The notes under the pieces were generated by a model. It was not told the DNA's origin. It ran no database searches and saw only the letters and a program-made list of their open reading frames with translations. The translations under genes were made by a program, and so were the position numbers. DNA of 64,000 bases from Psilocybe cubensis (taxonomy: Eukaryota): NCBI GenBank assembly GCA_017499595.2, contig CM038999.1, positions 1,984,001-2,048,000 on the forward strand. The letters run 5' to 3'. Shown piece after piece: positions 29,579-41,653 of the stretch; the first letter of the stretch is position 1, and each line of letters starts with the position of its first letter.

Positions 29579-30277
29579 ATGAACCTGCAACAACCAGATC
29601 TCCTCACCCTCATCCTTGAGTATCTGTCCGATGTCCTTCCTTCTCCTCTATACACCCTCTTAGTCAAAGTGCTCTCACATTCCTTTGCCGCCCTCACAGC
29701 CATAAGACAGCTCTGCACCTCGCTGTTATCAAACAATCCTGCCAACTGGAATGCGCAAGTTCTATTGCCACCAATCATCACCATCGTTGTCGCCTACTTG
29801 GCGCTTCTCAGTCTGTACCGCACCACCTCGTGGCTCATTCGCCTAATATTCTGGTGCTTGAAATGGGGTTCTCTTTTCGGTGTCTTCATGGCTGGAGTGG
29901 GGTATTTCATCGGCAATGGCAATGGGAATGCAGTCCGTGTGCAGGGTGCCCTTCCAGTCCTGGAAAACTTATTTTCGACACTATTTGACGACAAGGACGG
30001 TCTTCCTCGCTCACGACAGAAGAAATCACGCAAACATAAGCCCAAGTCGCAACGACCCAAACCATGGGAATCATTCAATGTCCATGAACAGTGGCAATAT
30101 CAAGAGAATCAAGAACCAGGCGAGGATCCACATTTGCAAAAGGTGATAGACATGGCAACTGGCGCGGTGGGAAAGATTTTCACAGGGCAATGGTGGACTG
30201 TAGAAAACGTTGCGGACAAACCAAAGTCAGACTCCACCAAAACTAAAGCCCCCGCAGGAAGATCGCGTTCACGATAG
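29579..30277 (+). CDS. Intronless membrane protein, probably Apq12-like (nuclear envelope/NPC biogenesis)
   Basis: ATG at 29579 (MNLQQPD). Two TM segments, LLPPIITIVVAYLALLSLY and LIFWCLKWGSLFGVFMAGVGYFI, are joined by a short linker as in Apq12; the tail is basic. Confidence 0.6.
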   Translation: MNLQQPDLLTLILEYLSDVLPSPLYTLLVKVLSHSFAALTAIRQLCTSLLSNNPANWNAQVLLPPIITIVVAYLALLSLYRTTSWLIRLIFWCLKWGSLFGVFMAGVGYFIGNGNGNAVRVQGALPVLENLFSTLFDDKDGLPRSRQKKSRKHKPKSQRPKPWESFNVHEQWQYQENQEPGEDPHLQKVIDMATGAVGKIFTGQWWTVENVADKPKSDSTKTKAPAGRSRSR

Positions 30278-30373
30278 TCTGCTGCAATGAAATAATTCGA
30301 ATTGTGTATCATATTCTAGAATAAAGATTATTCTTCAATCCGTGGTGGAGTAAGGGGATATGAGACTGGGCAA

Positions 30374-30935
30374 TTATATAGATTTGGCTGGTTCAGGGTT
30401 GTTCATTCGGTAGCTAAGCAGTGATCAGGTCTGGAACTACCGTAACAGTGATAGCAATAACATACTTTGCGATGCGCCCTAGCTGTGTTATACCAGAAAG
30501 GCCGACAAAAAAGTTGACCTTGATAAAAGAATACAGCTAAATGAATGTTATTGGTACATGGAGGGTATCACTTACGGCCGCGAGACTGTAGTTCACAGGT
30601 GTAATCACAAGAGAGTATCGAACCCAAATAAAACCTGTAGCAGTGAGGGCTATGCATGGAACCATCAGCTTGAAGCATCAAACTTTAGGGTGAAGCTCCT
30701 ACCCAAATTCTGTGACACGCTTAGCTTGTCAGCGGGTCGACCCATATCCTTGAGTCCTGCAGCGACCAGACACCACTTCATGAGTGGAGCCCAGAAGAAT
30801 ACGGTCTTGGGACCTGGGTATTCAACCAATAAACAAAGCTATATTGTAGGTATGAAAACCATAAGCCTCACCAGCGGGATGGTTAATGAAGGCAGAGAGC
30901 TTGGATGCACCAGCGGAAGCGGCAGGCCCTGACAT
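30374..30935 (-). CDS. MPC2: Mitochondrial pyruvate carrier subunit 2 (5 exons; absent from the ORF track)
   Basis: Exons 30935-30872, 30813-30703, 30649-30575, 30518-30466 and 30413-30374 give MSGPAASAGASKLSAFINHPAGPKTVFFWAPLMKWCLVAAGLKDMGRPADKLSVSQNLALTATGFIWVRYSLVITPVNYSLAAVNFFVGLSGITQLGRIANYRMNNPEPAKSI*. Confidence 0.96.
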
Positions 30936-31360
30936 GTTGAATGGATCTTGCGTGGTGAATGAGGGAGTTCTAGGCGGTGGTAGCTGAGGTTGGTGCTTGC
31001 TCTGCAGATTCCGAGTCGACCAACACTGAGTAGACCAAAGAAACCACCAACTTCGCAGCCGAAAGGGTAATTAATGGGATTGTTACGTAATCGGCATACT
31101 TTAAGTTCGGTCAAGTAGGTAAGTCATGCATAGCATAGCCGTCCGAATCCTTACGGTGACAACAAAATAATTTAGCTACGGGCAAGCAGATGGGTCTTGA
31201 TGAGCACCGTAGACAAATGTTCTGAATAAGTGCCGAAAACAAGTTAGTTGTTGAACTTCTTCAGCGTGGGGATCACTACTGAAAGATGTGATAACCAATT
31301 GTATAGTACAGCAAGGTGACAGTAACATAGATACATCTGGGTTTCTGACAGACAGATACT

Positions 31361-32138
31361 TCACCAAGACTCTGTGTCTTTCATAACGCTCTGCGACCGC
31401 TCTTCATCAGCCAGTTGCTTATTATATTGAGCCACAATGGCGCAGGCCCCTGAAGCAATGCAGATATCAGCGACAGTCAATACACTCACCGATGATAGGT
31501 TTACTCACAAGTCTCAAGTACCCATGCAAAAATAAAAGATGCAATCATAAATGTCTTCAAAACAGTTGCGCCGTCATTGCAGACTTTGATGACGCCAACT
31601 TCCTGAGAACCACTCTTGCAGTCAGCAATGTACTTCGGTGCTTCTTTGAAGTTGCGGTGAATTGCGTAGATGCCGCTTCCTATGCTGAAGAGGAGATGGA
31701 TGAAGAGCATGGCCAAATACACTCGAATAAAAGCAAGTCTTCTTGTTATGCCGCCAATCAAGCTTAACAGACTGTCAATAATGGTTTATTTACCCAGAGA
31801 AAGGTAATGTGTACCCAAAAATGGCAACGATCGCCAGGAGTATGTATATAATGACTTGAAGAATCGAGGCCGTCTTGCTTCCATCTGGTAAATATCATGT
31901 TCGTCAGTATTTATTCATTTTCCTAGGTAACAAGGCAAACGTACCTGCGCGTTTGAGATTGATAATTCCTATGGCGGCAACTCCACTGCCACCAATCAAT
32001 CCCAAGATGGCAAGGAACTAGGTATCGATTTTAGCAAAGCTACGTCTCATGGCTCGAAGCAGGAGATGAAAAGCGCACAATTACGCCTGCTCTAACTGGG
32101 ATACAGCAGCAGAAGGTACGGGTGTGAACTCTGGTCAT
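31361..32138 (-). CDS. Four-TM hypothetical membrane protein with an N-terminal FCCCIPVR motif
   Basis: MTRVHTRTFCCCIPVRAGVI/FLAILGLIGGSG.. with four hydrophobic segments and a Cys pair in the second outer loop (DCKSG..KVCND); ends ..VMKDTESW* at 31361. Confidence 0.8.
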
Positions 32139-32737
32139 AATGCGTGCGGGTTGTGTATGCGATGATACGTCGGTTTACAGAGGTCAACTCTGATACTAAG
32201 GGCACTGAGCTCGAAGTTTTGATGCTGTGGGTTAGGGCCAGCCTATCAAGAATGCCAAAACGTCAGCAAGAGGTTTATATACTCTCGCTCCGGTAAATCG
32301 TGAGAAATCAATAAAATCTCAAAACGGGGTAACCAACCTCCAGCAGCACAGCCCCGGAAGGCGTTTCATGATGCCTCACAAAACGAACCCGATTTCAATA
32401 TCGCGAAATATGCTTGCCTTCCGCATGCATTGAAAATGATTGCGCGCGACTTCATCAAGTATCCCATACTAACCATTTATTAGCTTTTGCGGAGGGATAA
32501 GCAATGGATTCTGGTCCTTGTTTACATATATCAAGTACGGTTCAGTCACACAACGACAGCGTTGGTGCCAAACGGTTTCTTAAAACGCTCCACCAAAAAA
32601 AATAATGACCCTGACCAAGCAATCCTAGCATATCTTACATAGTGGTAATTGTACAGGCAATATTTAAGCACTTGTGTATGCTTCGAGTGCCAAATTGAAG
32701 TGACTTGATGTGGTAAATATTAGTACCAACCTGAGGT

Positions 32738-34293
32738 TTAATCATAATAATCGCCATCTGAGCTCCGCGATCTCTTATGACTATGGTGGCGATGTTTGTG
32801 TTTTCTTGATTTATGGATTACAATTGTCTGTGCTGGTTGCATACCCATAGGAGACATCCCGGAAGCACTCATGGGCATGGGTACGCCCATACCAGAAGCA
32901 CTCATGGCCATGGGCATGCCCATACCAGAAGAATTCATGGGTGTGCCCATAGGCACACTCATGGTGGTGCCCCCGTAGGTTTGCGGGTATGAGAAGGATG
33001 AACTTCGACTGCGAGAATATCCCGTAGGAACGTTCACAGACGAACCGTGGTAGGAAGATGCCACTCCTGTGGGCACTGAGGAATACGGTGTGTTAATTCC
33101 CATTGTAGAGCCGCCGTAGGCAGAGCCGCCATAAGCAGACCCTGATCCTATTGGCACCCCGTTTGGATGGTATGACGAACCATGCAAAGAAGGAACTGGC
33201 ATGTGTCCCATGCTTCCGTGGTTGCCTGAATAGGAGTCATAGGAATCACCATAGCCAGGAAAAACAGTATGTGGGACGTTTGTCATGGACGTCGAAGAGT
33301 ATGCTTGCCCCGGGAAAGGTGCTATGCCTGATTGTGAATATGAACGATGTCTAGAATGAGAGCGATGTCCGTGACGGGAATATGATCGACCACGAGTGCG
33401 GAGGAGATTATCATCCTGAGCGTAAAGATCGTCTCCATAGTCTCCATATCGGTAACGGGATCGAGAACGATAATCGTCGTCGCGAGTCTGATGGACCAGG
33501 CTGAGTGTGATGGGATTTTAATTTTGTTTACAAAGTAAGCTTACTTGGTAAAATATATATGAAGCTGTATGTGCAGCTGCTTCTGTAGCAGCTAGACGGG
33601 AATATTCGTCTACCGGTCGCGGTAAATATTGTAACAGCCGTGTGGCTAAGCAACTTCCAGATCAACCTCTACGAAGCTGAGAAGAAGGTCAAGCAAACCT
33701 TCTGCAACAGAAAGGCCAGTTAAAGCTTCTCTTTGTCTCTCAACGTCGCCACTAAGAGGCTCGTAAAGGTAGCTGTTGTGAATCCATGTCCTATAAGCCT
33801 CATAGGCTGCTGCATGACCTATTTCGTTGGGCGCCAATGTATGGAGTTCATTTTGCAGATACGCCCGTTTATGCCAGAGGCGTGCCTCTTGCAAGTTAAC
33901 ACCCATGCCACCAGCAGGTGCACCGCCATATTCTCGAACACGATTCCAAGCATGATCAAAAAGATACCTAGGGAAACACAAGACCACGGTCGAATGTACG
34001 CGGATCGAAGACGATCAACGATGCTTACGGATCGGCTGTGGCAGCGTGTGCTCGATAAAAGTCATTCCCCCCCCCTAGATCAACCAGACATTGGGTGGGC
34101 ATCAATATTGATTCTTTCGTTCATACGTACAAGAAGGCTGCGGTTGAAAGGCAGGCTGAGGCGGTGGGCCAAATTGGTACTAAATGACAAATTAATGAAA
34201 TGAGGACTAAATGAGCAGGAAATTGGATTAAATATCAACTTGATTTGTTCCCCATCCCAATCTTGCGTGTTGTTGATAGTAGTCGTAGCCCAT
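32738..34293 (-). CDS. Hypothetical protein: helical N-terminal domain, RS segment, Gly/Ser/Met/Tyr low-complexity tail and His/Arg-rich end
   Basis: Spliced translation: MGYDYYQQHARLGWGTNQ/YQFGPPPQP../..IGHAAAYEAYRTWIHNS..RQREALTGLSVAE/ATRLLQY.., continuing into ORF 32738-33286. Confidence 0.75.
32862..32950. repeat. Coding 33-bp tandem repeat (two full copies plus a partial third) encoding SGMG(M/V)PM(A/P)MSA
   Basis: gaagcactcatgggcatgggtacgcccatacca / gaagcactcatggccatgggcatgcccatacca / gaagaattcatgggtgtgcccat. Confidence 0.85.
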
Positions 34294-34529
34294 GTCGAAA
34301 GTATTATAAGGAATAGCTGTGGAATGGCCGTAGACGCAGTTTGAGTGAGGCCAGGGGGAGCTATCATCATCGGCGAGTGAACATCGGCCAGTGACATCAA
34401 ACAGAACGGCCCCAAACTACCTTATTGGGAGCCGTTCCTACTGTATACCGGACGTGGTCACGGTGGGCGTTCTCTCAACGGCTAAACATTATCAATCATT
34501 GCTCACTACTCGTTGCATGGTATAAGAGC

Positions 34530-37500
34530 ATGGCCGGTCTGTTTTTTGCAATCTTAGTACATCTAGTCACTTACACACGTTATCCCAGATTATTCTGTGT
34601 TTGCCAACTCTCAGTTCGATCCCAATGAATACGCAAATGCCATCTTAGCAGCCGACTCTGGGTCATCAGATCCCAAACAAGTGGCTAGAGGGTCAACGCA
34701 CTTAAAGGCCATCCAGGACTCGGTGGCGAAAGAAGATATATCAGTGGCCATTTCAAAACTTACTTTTGGGATAGAAGATGTGTCAAAGCAAATTAGAAAC
34801 CTGGTGCGTACGAGGTAAACTATCGTGGAGAATTTTGGATGTTGACACCCCATGGTTGTTGAGGTCACAGCTCACCATGAGGATCTCCTGACACAAGCGT
34901 CCAACGTAAATGCCCTTTCGGGAACTCTTGTTTCAGTCCGAGCAGGATTGAGCGATTTGGACAATTCGGTTGACAAGTTCGTCACTTTGAACCTGTGACC
35001 TATCGCAATCCTATTTTGACAATGGATTTTAGACTGCGTAACAAGGTTCACGTACCGTATGAGAATCTTCAAACACTTGTTTTGCGACTACAGAGGTTGC
35101 ATCAAGCATCCGATCTCTTGAGAAGGACATCGCGATTTGTCATTCTTGCTCGACGGTTGCAAGCGCAAATGAATGAGATTCAGGGTGTGAAAGGCACAGA
35201 TAAAGGTTTCAAGGACGAGCTCACCACAGCTACCATTACTCATGGAAAAGATATTGAAGACGAAAAAGAAAGAGCTATCGCGAAAGCCGCGTTGAGTGTA
35301 GCAGAACTTGGTTTGTAATATTGCAATCGCTTCTATCGCATTGTTCGCTAAGAGAATCCCAGGTGCTCTTTTGGATAAGGACAATTCAGAAGAAGACAAC
35401 GATTCAACAGGTTCTGCTCCAAGGCGGGAATTTGTATCCTTGCGTTCCATCAAAGTAATTTCTTCGTACGAAGCTTTCGTTCAAGATGCTCGTTCAGTTA
35501 TAACAACGGAGATGGAAAACATGGTGTTGAATGGCCTGTCTACCCTTGTATGTCTCATGCTTAGCCTTATTCATACCCGTCGCGTTGAATATTACCTAGA
35601 ACCAAACCTTGCTGGCATCATCGCTTCAAACCGCTCACAATCTGGGGGTTCTCCCCACCCTCGTCCAAAGTCTATTGTCTGATCTTTCTCAAGCTGTAGA
35701 AGATCGAATACGCGGAACATTTGATCTCAATAAGATATCGAAAGATGCATTATCCAAGGGTCAGTCCATTCTCGTATTACATACTTGAAAGTCATTGCGA
35801 TCTATCTATCCTATTCCAGAGACAGTATTAGCGGCAAACTCTCCTAGTACACCTCATACTTACAGATCACGGGTAAGAACTGAACCAACAAATGTAACTG
35901 CCCCACAGTGGTCAGCAGCTCTTTGGACCCGTCTCGAAGCGATGTTTCAAGAAATGGCCAATTGCTGTATCAAGGTGACGAACGTTTTTGCCAATGGTTT
36001 ATGACTGGCAATTTTATTGGTATCGTCGCCAACAGGTTTATGCACTAGAGAAAGTCTTGAAGCTGAAGAAGGATACATCTACCCAACTTGTGTTTTTAGA
36101 CGAGGCCATGCAAGTTAAGACTCTTTTACATTTACAGCAAGATTTGCGCTTAACAGACAACTAGGTGCTAGAAAATACGCCAAGTTCTTCGTTTTGGATG
36201 TCATCAAGTCAGGCCCTCCAAAAACATTTTCAGGATTCGTCTAAAGGTTAGAACATTTTCTGGAAAATCTTTATCTGCTACTCCACAAATTGGAATTTCA
36301 GGGTCGTCTTTCCTACAACAAACGCTATCCACCGGGCTTCCTCGACTTTTGCGACTTTTCCACGAGTTCTTCGCTAAAGTAGCCGTGCATACAGATACGA
36401 TATACAGTGACACATTTCAAAGGTCTGTCAATCACTATCAGAGTCTATGGCAGACTATTTGAAATCCGTATCTGCAGTCCTGAAACCATTCTTCTTCTCC
36501 GTTCATTGTCGACAATTGAGGCCCAATATCTTACAAGATCCTCTAACAAAATTAATGAGGTGGTGGGTCAGATATCTTCGGGGAGTACTCGCACAACTCC
36601 AGGAGCAAATGAAGGAATGAGTGTGGCTAGAATCGTGGTGAATGAACTCGATGCCGCACGATTTGATCCACTTTTGGTCAGAGCAGTGGCAAAAAATATC
36701 GCAACATGTTTGGACAATATCGCATCGAGACTAGAGAACTCGGTCGGTGTTTCCTTTTCCGTCCTCATCTTGACTACAATCAACTTGTTTACTTCAGGTC
36801 TCGAGGGACAGAGCCGCCACTTCGCTTTTAGGGAGCTCGGCTTCGCCACAGCAAATTTCGAATGTGAATTTAACAAATTTTTTCTATCAAACATGGTCTC
36901 GTTTATCACTCCTGAGCGAGGATCACATGCCGAATGTGTTCGCGCTTCTACAGCCTAGCATCCAGGTGAGTCTTTTCTGTTACATTTTGTTTTCTTCGCA
37001 TCTTAAACCGATTTGTTGCAGAACTGGCGACAAGCCTTTGAACGGATTGTCGACCCTGTTGCTACAGCCATACGACGTGATCTAAGTGCAATTATTGCGA
37101 AGCTCCATCGGATCGACTTTGCTAAGCCTGTTGACCCTAATGCTGGGATGGGTGGCTTGAGTTCATATATGAAGGAACTAACGGAGAAACTATCCTTTAT
37201 TAAGTCTGAATTAATAGCTCGGTATAACATAGGTGAATACGGTCGAGATTGGTCAGTGCATCTTGCGACTGTGCTAATGCGATGCTCACATTTGGATTAC
37301 AGGGTAGCGTCTATCGTCAAGTATGTAATTCGAGTGTTTGTCTTGCACATCTCAATTGCTTGCCCGCTTGGCGAGAGTGGAAAGCTGCAGATGGCCAGCG
37401 ATATGACTGGTCTCGAGTTTGCATTGAATGCTTTTATCGTCGATAACAACCAGAACAAACGTGGAAATCACCTAGAGGCTATAGGCGAAGAATATCGTGC

Positions 37501-37881
37501 ACTTCGAGCTATGCGGTGCGTATTGCTTTATTTATGTTGTTTGTTGACCATGTTAAAGTTGATTGTCAAACAAGCCCCCTGTTTTTCTTGGAAAATAAAG
37601 AACTTGCGTCAGAAAGCCATACGGCGGGACTGCCACCGTTAATTGTTTTGCATCATATCTTAGTTCGCTCCCCTATTCCGTTACCACATAAACTTCACGG
37701 GTGGCAAGAGGCCGAATATGTCCGATGGGTAGATGAACATTCAGATTCTGAAGCTTGGACGCTTGTTGAGGGTGGGCTTATACACTGGGAGAAAATCTCT
37801 GAAACCGAAGGTAAAGACATTAAGGACGCATTAGAATATGCAGAGTTGGCCAGGACGGTGCTGAAAAGGGTGCAAAAGTAG
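34530..37881 (+). CDS. COG5: Conserved oligomeric Golgi complex subunit 5
   Basis: MA/DYSVFANSQFDPNEYANAIL..ISVAISKLTFGIEDVSKQI..HHEDLL, LQRLHQASDLLRRTSRF, LASSLQTAHNL, VYALEKVLKLKKD, LPRLLRLFHEFF, PLGESGKLQMASDMTGLEFAL and RALRAMRPLFF. Confidence 0.92.
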
Positions 37882-37968
37882 TTGATTATGTAATGAAAAT
37901 ATGGTATTCCCGAAACCGATTCAGTTAAAATGGATCGGGTTTGTTAACATTTCGTGTCGTCCCCCATA

Positions 37969-39140
37969 ATGGCCGCCATTCTACGCGCCCGTTCAACACC
38001 AGCGTCCATTCCTCGTCGTCTTTTTTCAACCACTACTCAGTTGAAGAGGCCAGACAATGATGCTAAAAGGCCCCCACAACCTCCTAAGCCCATAGACGAC
38101 TCTACTTCGGCTTTGGATTATAAGCGGGCGCAAAAGATTCGCCCCCCTCCCCTTCCCGCAACCGACGTGCCCCGCTCGCGCAGTGCAGAAGAGGCTGTTA
38201 CTAATATTTTGTATAACACTCCTCCTCCGAGTCTGCAACCATTTAAAAAGTATGTGACTTACATGTTTGCTAGGTTTTCGTGTTTTTAATGGTATCTCTA
38301 GGCATATTCTCAACTGCCTTGTTCAGAACGAACCTGGGGTATTGTCCCGTGTATCTGGTATTCTTGCCGGGAGAGGATTCAACATTGATTCCTTAGTCGT
38401 ATGCCGAACTGAAATTCGTGACTTAAGTCGCATGTGTCTCGTCCTTAGCGGACAAGATGGCGTCGTGGAGCAGGCCAGAAGACAGCTAGAGGACCTTGTT
38501 CGTGAGCCATTTATTGTGACATGATATTCAGCGTTAATTTTCCGCCTTAGGTTCCAGTATGGGCAGTGCTTGATTACACAGAGACCAAAGTCATTTCTCG
38601 CGAACTCCTTCTCGCCAAAGTTTCGATTCTTGGCCCTGAATATCTGGAGGAACAATTACTTGGTGGTCCTTCACACGAGCCACGCAGGGCGTCAGAGGAT
38701 CCATCAGAATCTAAGCTTGAGCGCGAAACTACATTAGCACACAATTTCGAACGCAGTGGTGCCCCGGAAGGCCATGTCCCTGCCATGACCCCTTCTCAAG
38801 CTCTGCGTCTCAAGCATCAGCACTTACACTCGATTTCCGTCCTAGCTGGTCAATTTGGAGCTAAAGTGGTCGACGTCAGCGAGAACAGCGTCATCGTTGA
38901 GCTCACCGCTAAGACAGCTAGAGTAGAGGCTTTCCTCAATCTGCTCAAACCATTTGGCATTCTGGAGGCCGCTCGAACAGGTTTGCTTCACTTGACATCA
39001 AGATCAAGACATTAACACTCATGAATTTATCCGCAGGACTTATGGCTATGCCCAGAACACCCATCAAGACAGAGGAAGATGAATTGGTGCAAGAAGATCA
39101 AGGAGGCCCTGTGGATGCCAGTCTTCTTCCACCAGGCTGA
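37969..39140 (+). CDS. ILV6: Acetolactate synthase small (regulatory) subunit, mitochondrial
   Basis: Presequence MAAILRARST.., ACT domain HILNCLVQNEPGVLSRVSGILAGRGFNIDSLVV..QARRQLEDL, FGILEAARTG and the C-terminus VDASLLPPG*. Confidence 0.96.
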
Positions 39141-39896
39141 GGTATCATTGATAAAAACTCGCCGTCATCTATAGGGTTCATTTCGAAAATTAGGATATAA
39201 ATTGCTTTGCATCTAGTCGCTCAAAGTTTCTCATCGTAAATGGTACACAGTTTGGTCTTTCAGGCGACCTTCGTTAAGAAATCAACTCGGTAATAAGCTA
39301 TTTTCCCTCCGGATACGGTCGTGCAGAATCTTTCCACGAGTCCATTTCTTTCAGCATAGGGTCATATGTGTATAGTCATAAAATGTATGTAAGGAAAAAA
39401 ATTTCCTCACGGCGGTGTACACACACACATATATATTTTTAGCCATTGTTACCCAAGCCATTGTTCCCCCAAAATAGCGAACAAGAAATTGTTGACAGCG
39501 AACTGTTCACATAAGGAAGAAAGCATTGGCCTTGTTGTGAGGCTTGCTGTGCAATGTGCGTTATTCCCAGATCGAGGGGGTTTATCATTTAGATGTTAAA
39601 ATACAGGTATACACAGCCGTACCGACGATAGATGACGAGTAACGAAACAAAGATGGATATAAAAATCGGATGAGATAGCACATTTAGAAGAGAAAGCATA
39701 CGATGAGGAACAGCAAAAGCAAAGAAGACAAATCGAAAGCATTACAAAAACAAGTGTTCGTAGATGTGTCGCTAGAAAGTGGTGACGTGCGTCTTGTTTG
39801 AGACAAGATATGAGTGCGGGATGAAGATGCGAAAACACGAAAACAAATGAAACCTGAAAATAGAGGTAGGACAACAGGTGCTTGCATCAAGGTGAT

Positions 39897-41306
39897 TTAA
39901 CTAGCTTCAACCTCAAACGGAGAGGTAGCATACAGGTCTTCTTTGACAAATCCGCTCCAATCGCCACCAACCCGGCGAGTGGATGATTGGGAAGCACCGG
40001 AGGGAGGAACATAGGAGTTGGCGCCTTCAGTTTCGGTGGAGGCTTGGTTCCCTTGGGCCTGAGAATAAAATGCATCGTTGCCATTGGAAAGGGAGAAAAA
40101 GGCGGAGGCCTCATTGCTGTTGTTGTAATCGTCATTATTGATGGATTCGGTGACAAATGAGAGGCAATCCGCGGGAAGATTGTATGCATGTAAATCCTGG
40201 GTATACAAAGACATATCAGGTAAAGCCAACAAGGAATTATGCAAAGCATAATCATGGCTCTCGACTCCAAAATCGCTGAAAGTTCCATGTAGAGCGCCCA
40301 GCGAAACGTCGAGTTCAGGTTGGGCTTCGGTGGTGTCTTCGGCATCTGCGGTAGCCAAAAAACACGTCGCTTTGTGCGGACCATGCTCTGAATGACCACA
40401 TGGGAGAATATTTTCCACTGGTAGACTGCCCTGAGGTAAGTCAAAATTGAAGGCCTTGTAGATGAGTGAGAAAGAGAGCAAAGAATGAGTTAAGATACAT
40501 AAGCATACCGCTGATTGGTCCCCAATGTTCTCATTGATATAGGGTATGGAAGTCCAAGATCCACCCTGGAAAAGAGATAAATTCCACGGCCCATCGATAA
40601 GACCGTTAGGGTGGTGTGGCTGCTGAAGTTGCAAGGCAAGATTCTGAGTTTGCGCCATGGCGTCCGGTGCGGATGTGGTAGCCACTCCATCTTCAATGGG
40701 TGGTAGGGGCGAAGATACAAGTGGGGTTGCAGGGTTCAGCTCTTGTAAAGATGCCTCATCAGCAACAATACTTTCAGGTGAAGATTGCACGTCATATCCA
40801 GAAGATGACGATGCACCGGGAGAAGAGGCAGCAGATAGTGGAGGGCTGGGCGGGAAAGGATCGGGAGGCAGGCGAGTAGGACGAGACGAAGAAGGGTACG
40901 GATGACCAGGACGCTCGACTTTGGAGCCCCCTGGATTTGATTGTGCGCTCACACTACGATCGGACTTGATCTTCTTCGGCAACGACGTCTTGTTTTCGTC
41001 TTTTTTCTTAGGCTGATATCGATAATTAGGGTACCGCGCCTTGTGTGCAGCCTTGGCCTCGTCTGCCAACCGGTCAAAGTGATCCCTGATTTCTTGTTTT
41101 TCAGTTCGCCAGCACACTGCCAGAAACGTCGACATGTCGGACTGGTTTCTCCGAGGCTCTCCAGGAGCAGGTGGTGGAAGCTGCTTAACCTTCCAGCGAC
41201 GATAGAGAATCCATGCATTGGCGGGGCGAGGGGGTTGAATATTTGGATCGGTAATGATAGGACCAGGGTCTGGGAGGCCAGGGAGGGGATACTCCTCACC
41301 CGCCAT
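39897..41306 (-). CDS. HMG-box transcription factor, sequence-specific MATA_HMG/Rox1-like type; probably one in-frame intron near 40455-40510
   Basis: HMG box PPRPANAWILYR..WRTEKQEIRDHFDRLADEAKAAHKARYPNYRYQPKKK followed by a Pro/Ser-rich, acidic tail. Confidence 0.9.
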   Translation of the reverse strand: MAGEEYPLPGLPDPGPIITDPNIQPPRPANAWILYRRWKVKQLPPPAPGEPRRNQSDMSTFLAVCWRTEKQEIRDHFDRLADEAKAAHKARYPNYRYQPKKKDENKTSLPKKIKSDRSVSAQSNPGGSKVERPGHPYPSSSRPTRLPPDPFPPSPPLSAASSPGASSSSGYDVQSSPESIVADEASLQELNPATPLVSSPLPPIEDGVATTSAPDAMAQTQNLALQLQQPHHPNGLIDGPWNLSLFQGGSWTSIPYINENIGDQSAVCLCILTHSLLSFSLIYKAFNFDLPQGSLPVENILPCGHSEHGPHKATCFLATADAEDTTEAQPELDVSLGALHGTFSDFGVESHDYALHNSLLALPDMSLYTQDLHAYNLPADCLSFVTESINNDDYNNSNEASAFFSLSNGNDAFYSQAQGNQASTETEGANSYVPPSGASQSSTRRVGGDWSGFVKEDLYATSPFEVEAS

Positions 41307-41653
41307 TTGAGGGGGGGACGCTGGGGATGATGAAGGGAAAGACGAAGGACGGCGAAGCTTTTATTCTCTCGCTTAAGTATTGGTCTTTATTTGTACATCA
41401 ACATCCTCACACGTGACTGCCTTGAGGCATGGACGGCCCATCAGTGACAGAGTTACAGAGTTACGGAGGGTGACAGAGACGAGTACAAATTCACATCAAA
41501 TAAAAGCCAACTGGAACATGGTGCATACTGTTACAATGGTAAATACACTGGTAGGTGCTCATACGAAGGCGATGGCGCAAAAAAAGCATTCAGGATATAA
41601 AAATGTGTGGAATGGGTATTGTGTTAACCCCGATTTCAGAAGACGAAAGACGA

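Noticed and set aside
39897..41306. HMG-box gene as a mating-type locus
   Set aside because: Agaricomycete mating type uses homeodomain and pheromone/receptor loci. No HD genes, MIP, STE3 receptor or CAAX pheromone ORFs were seen nearby.
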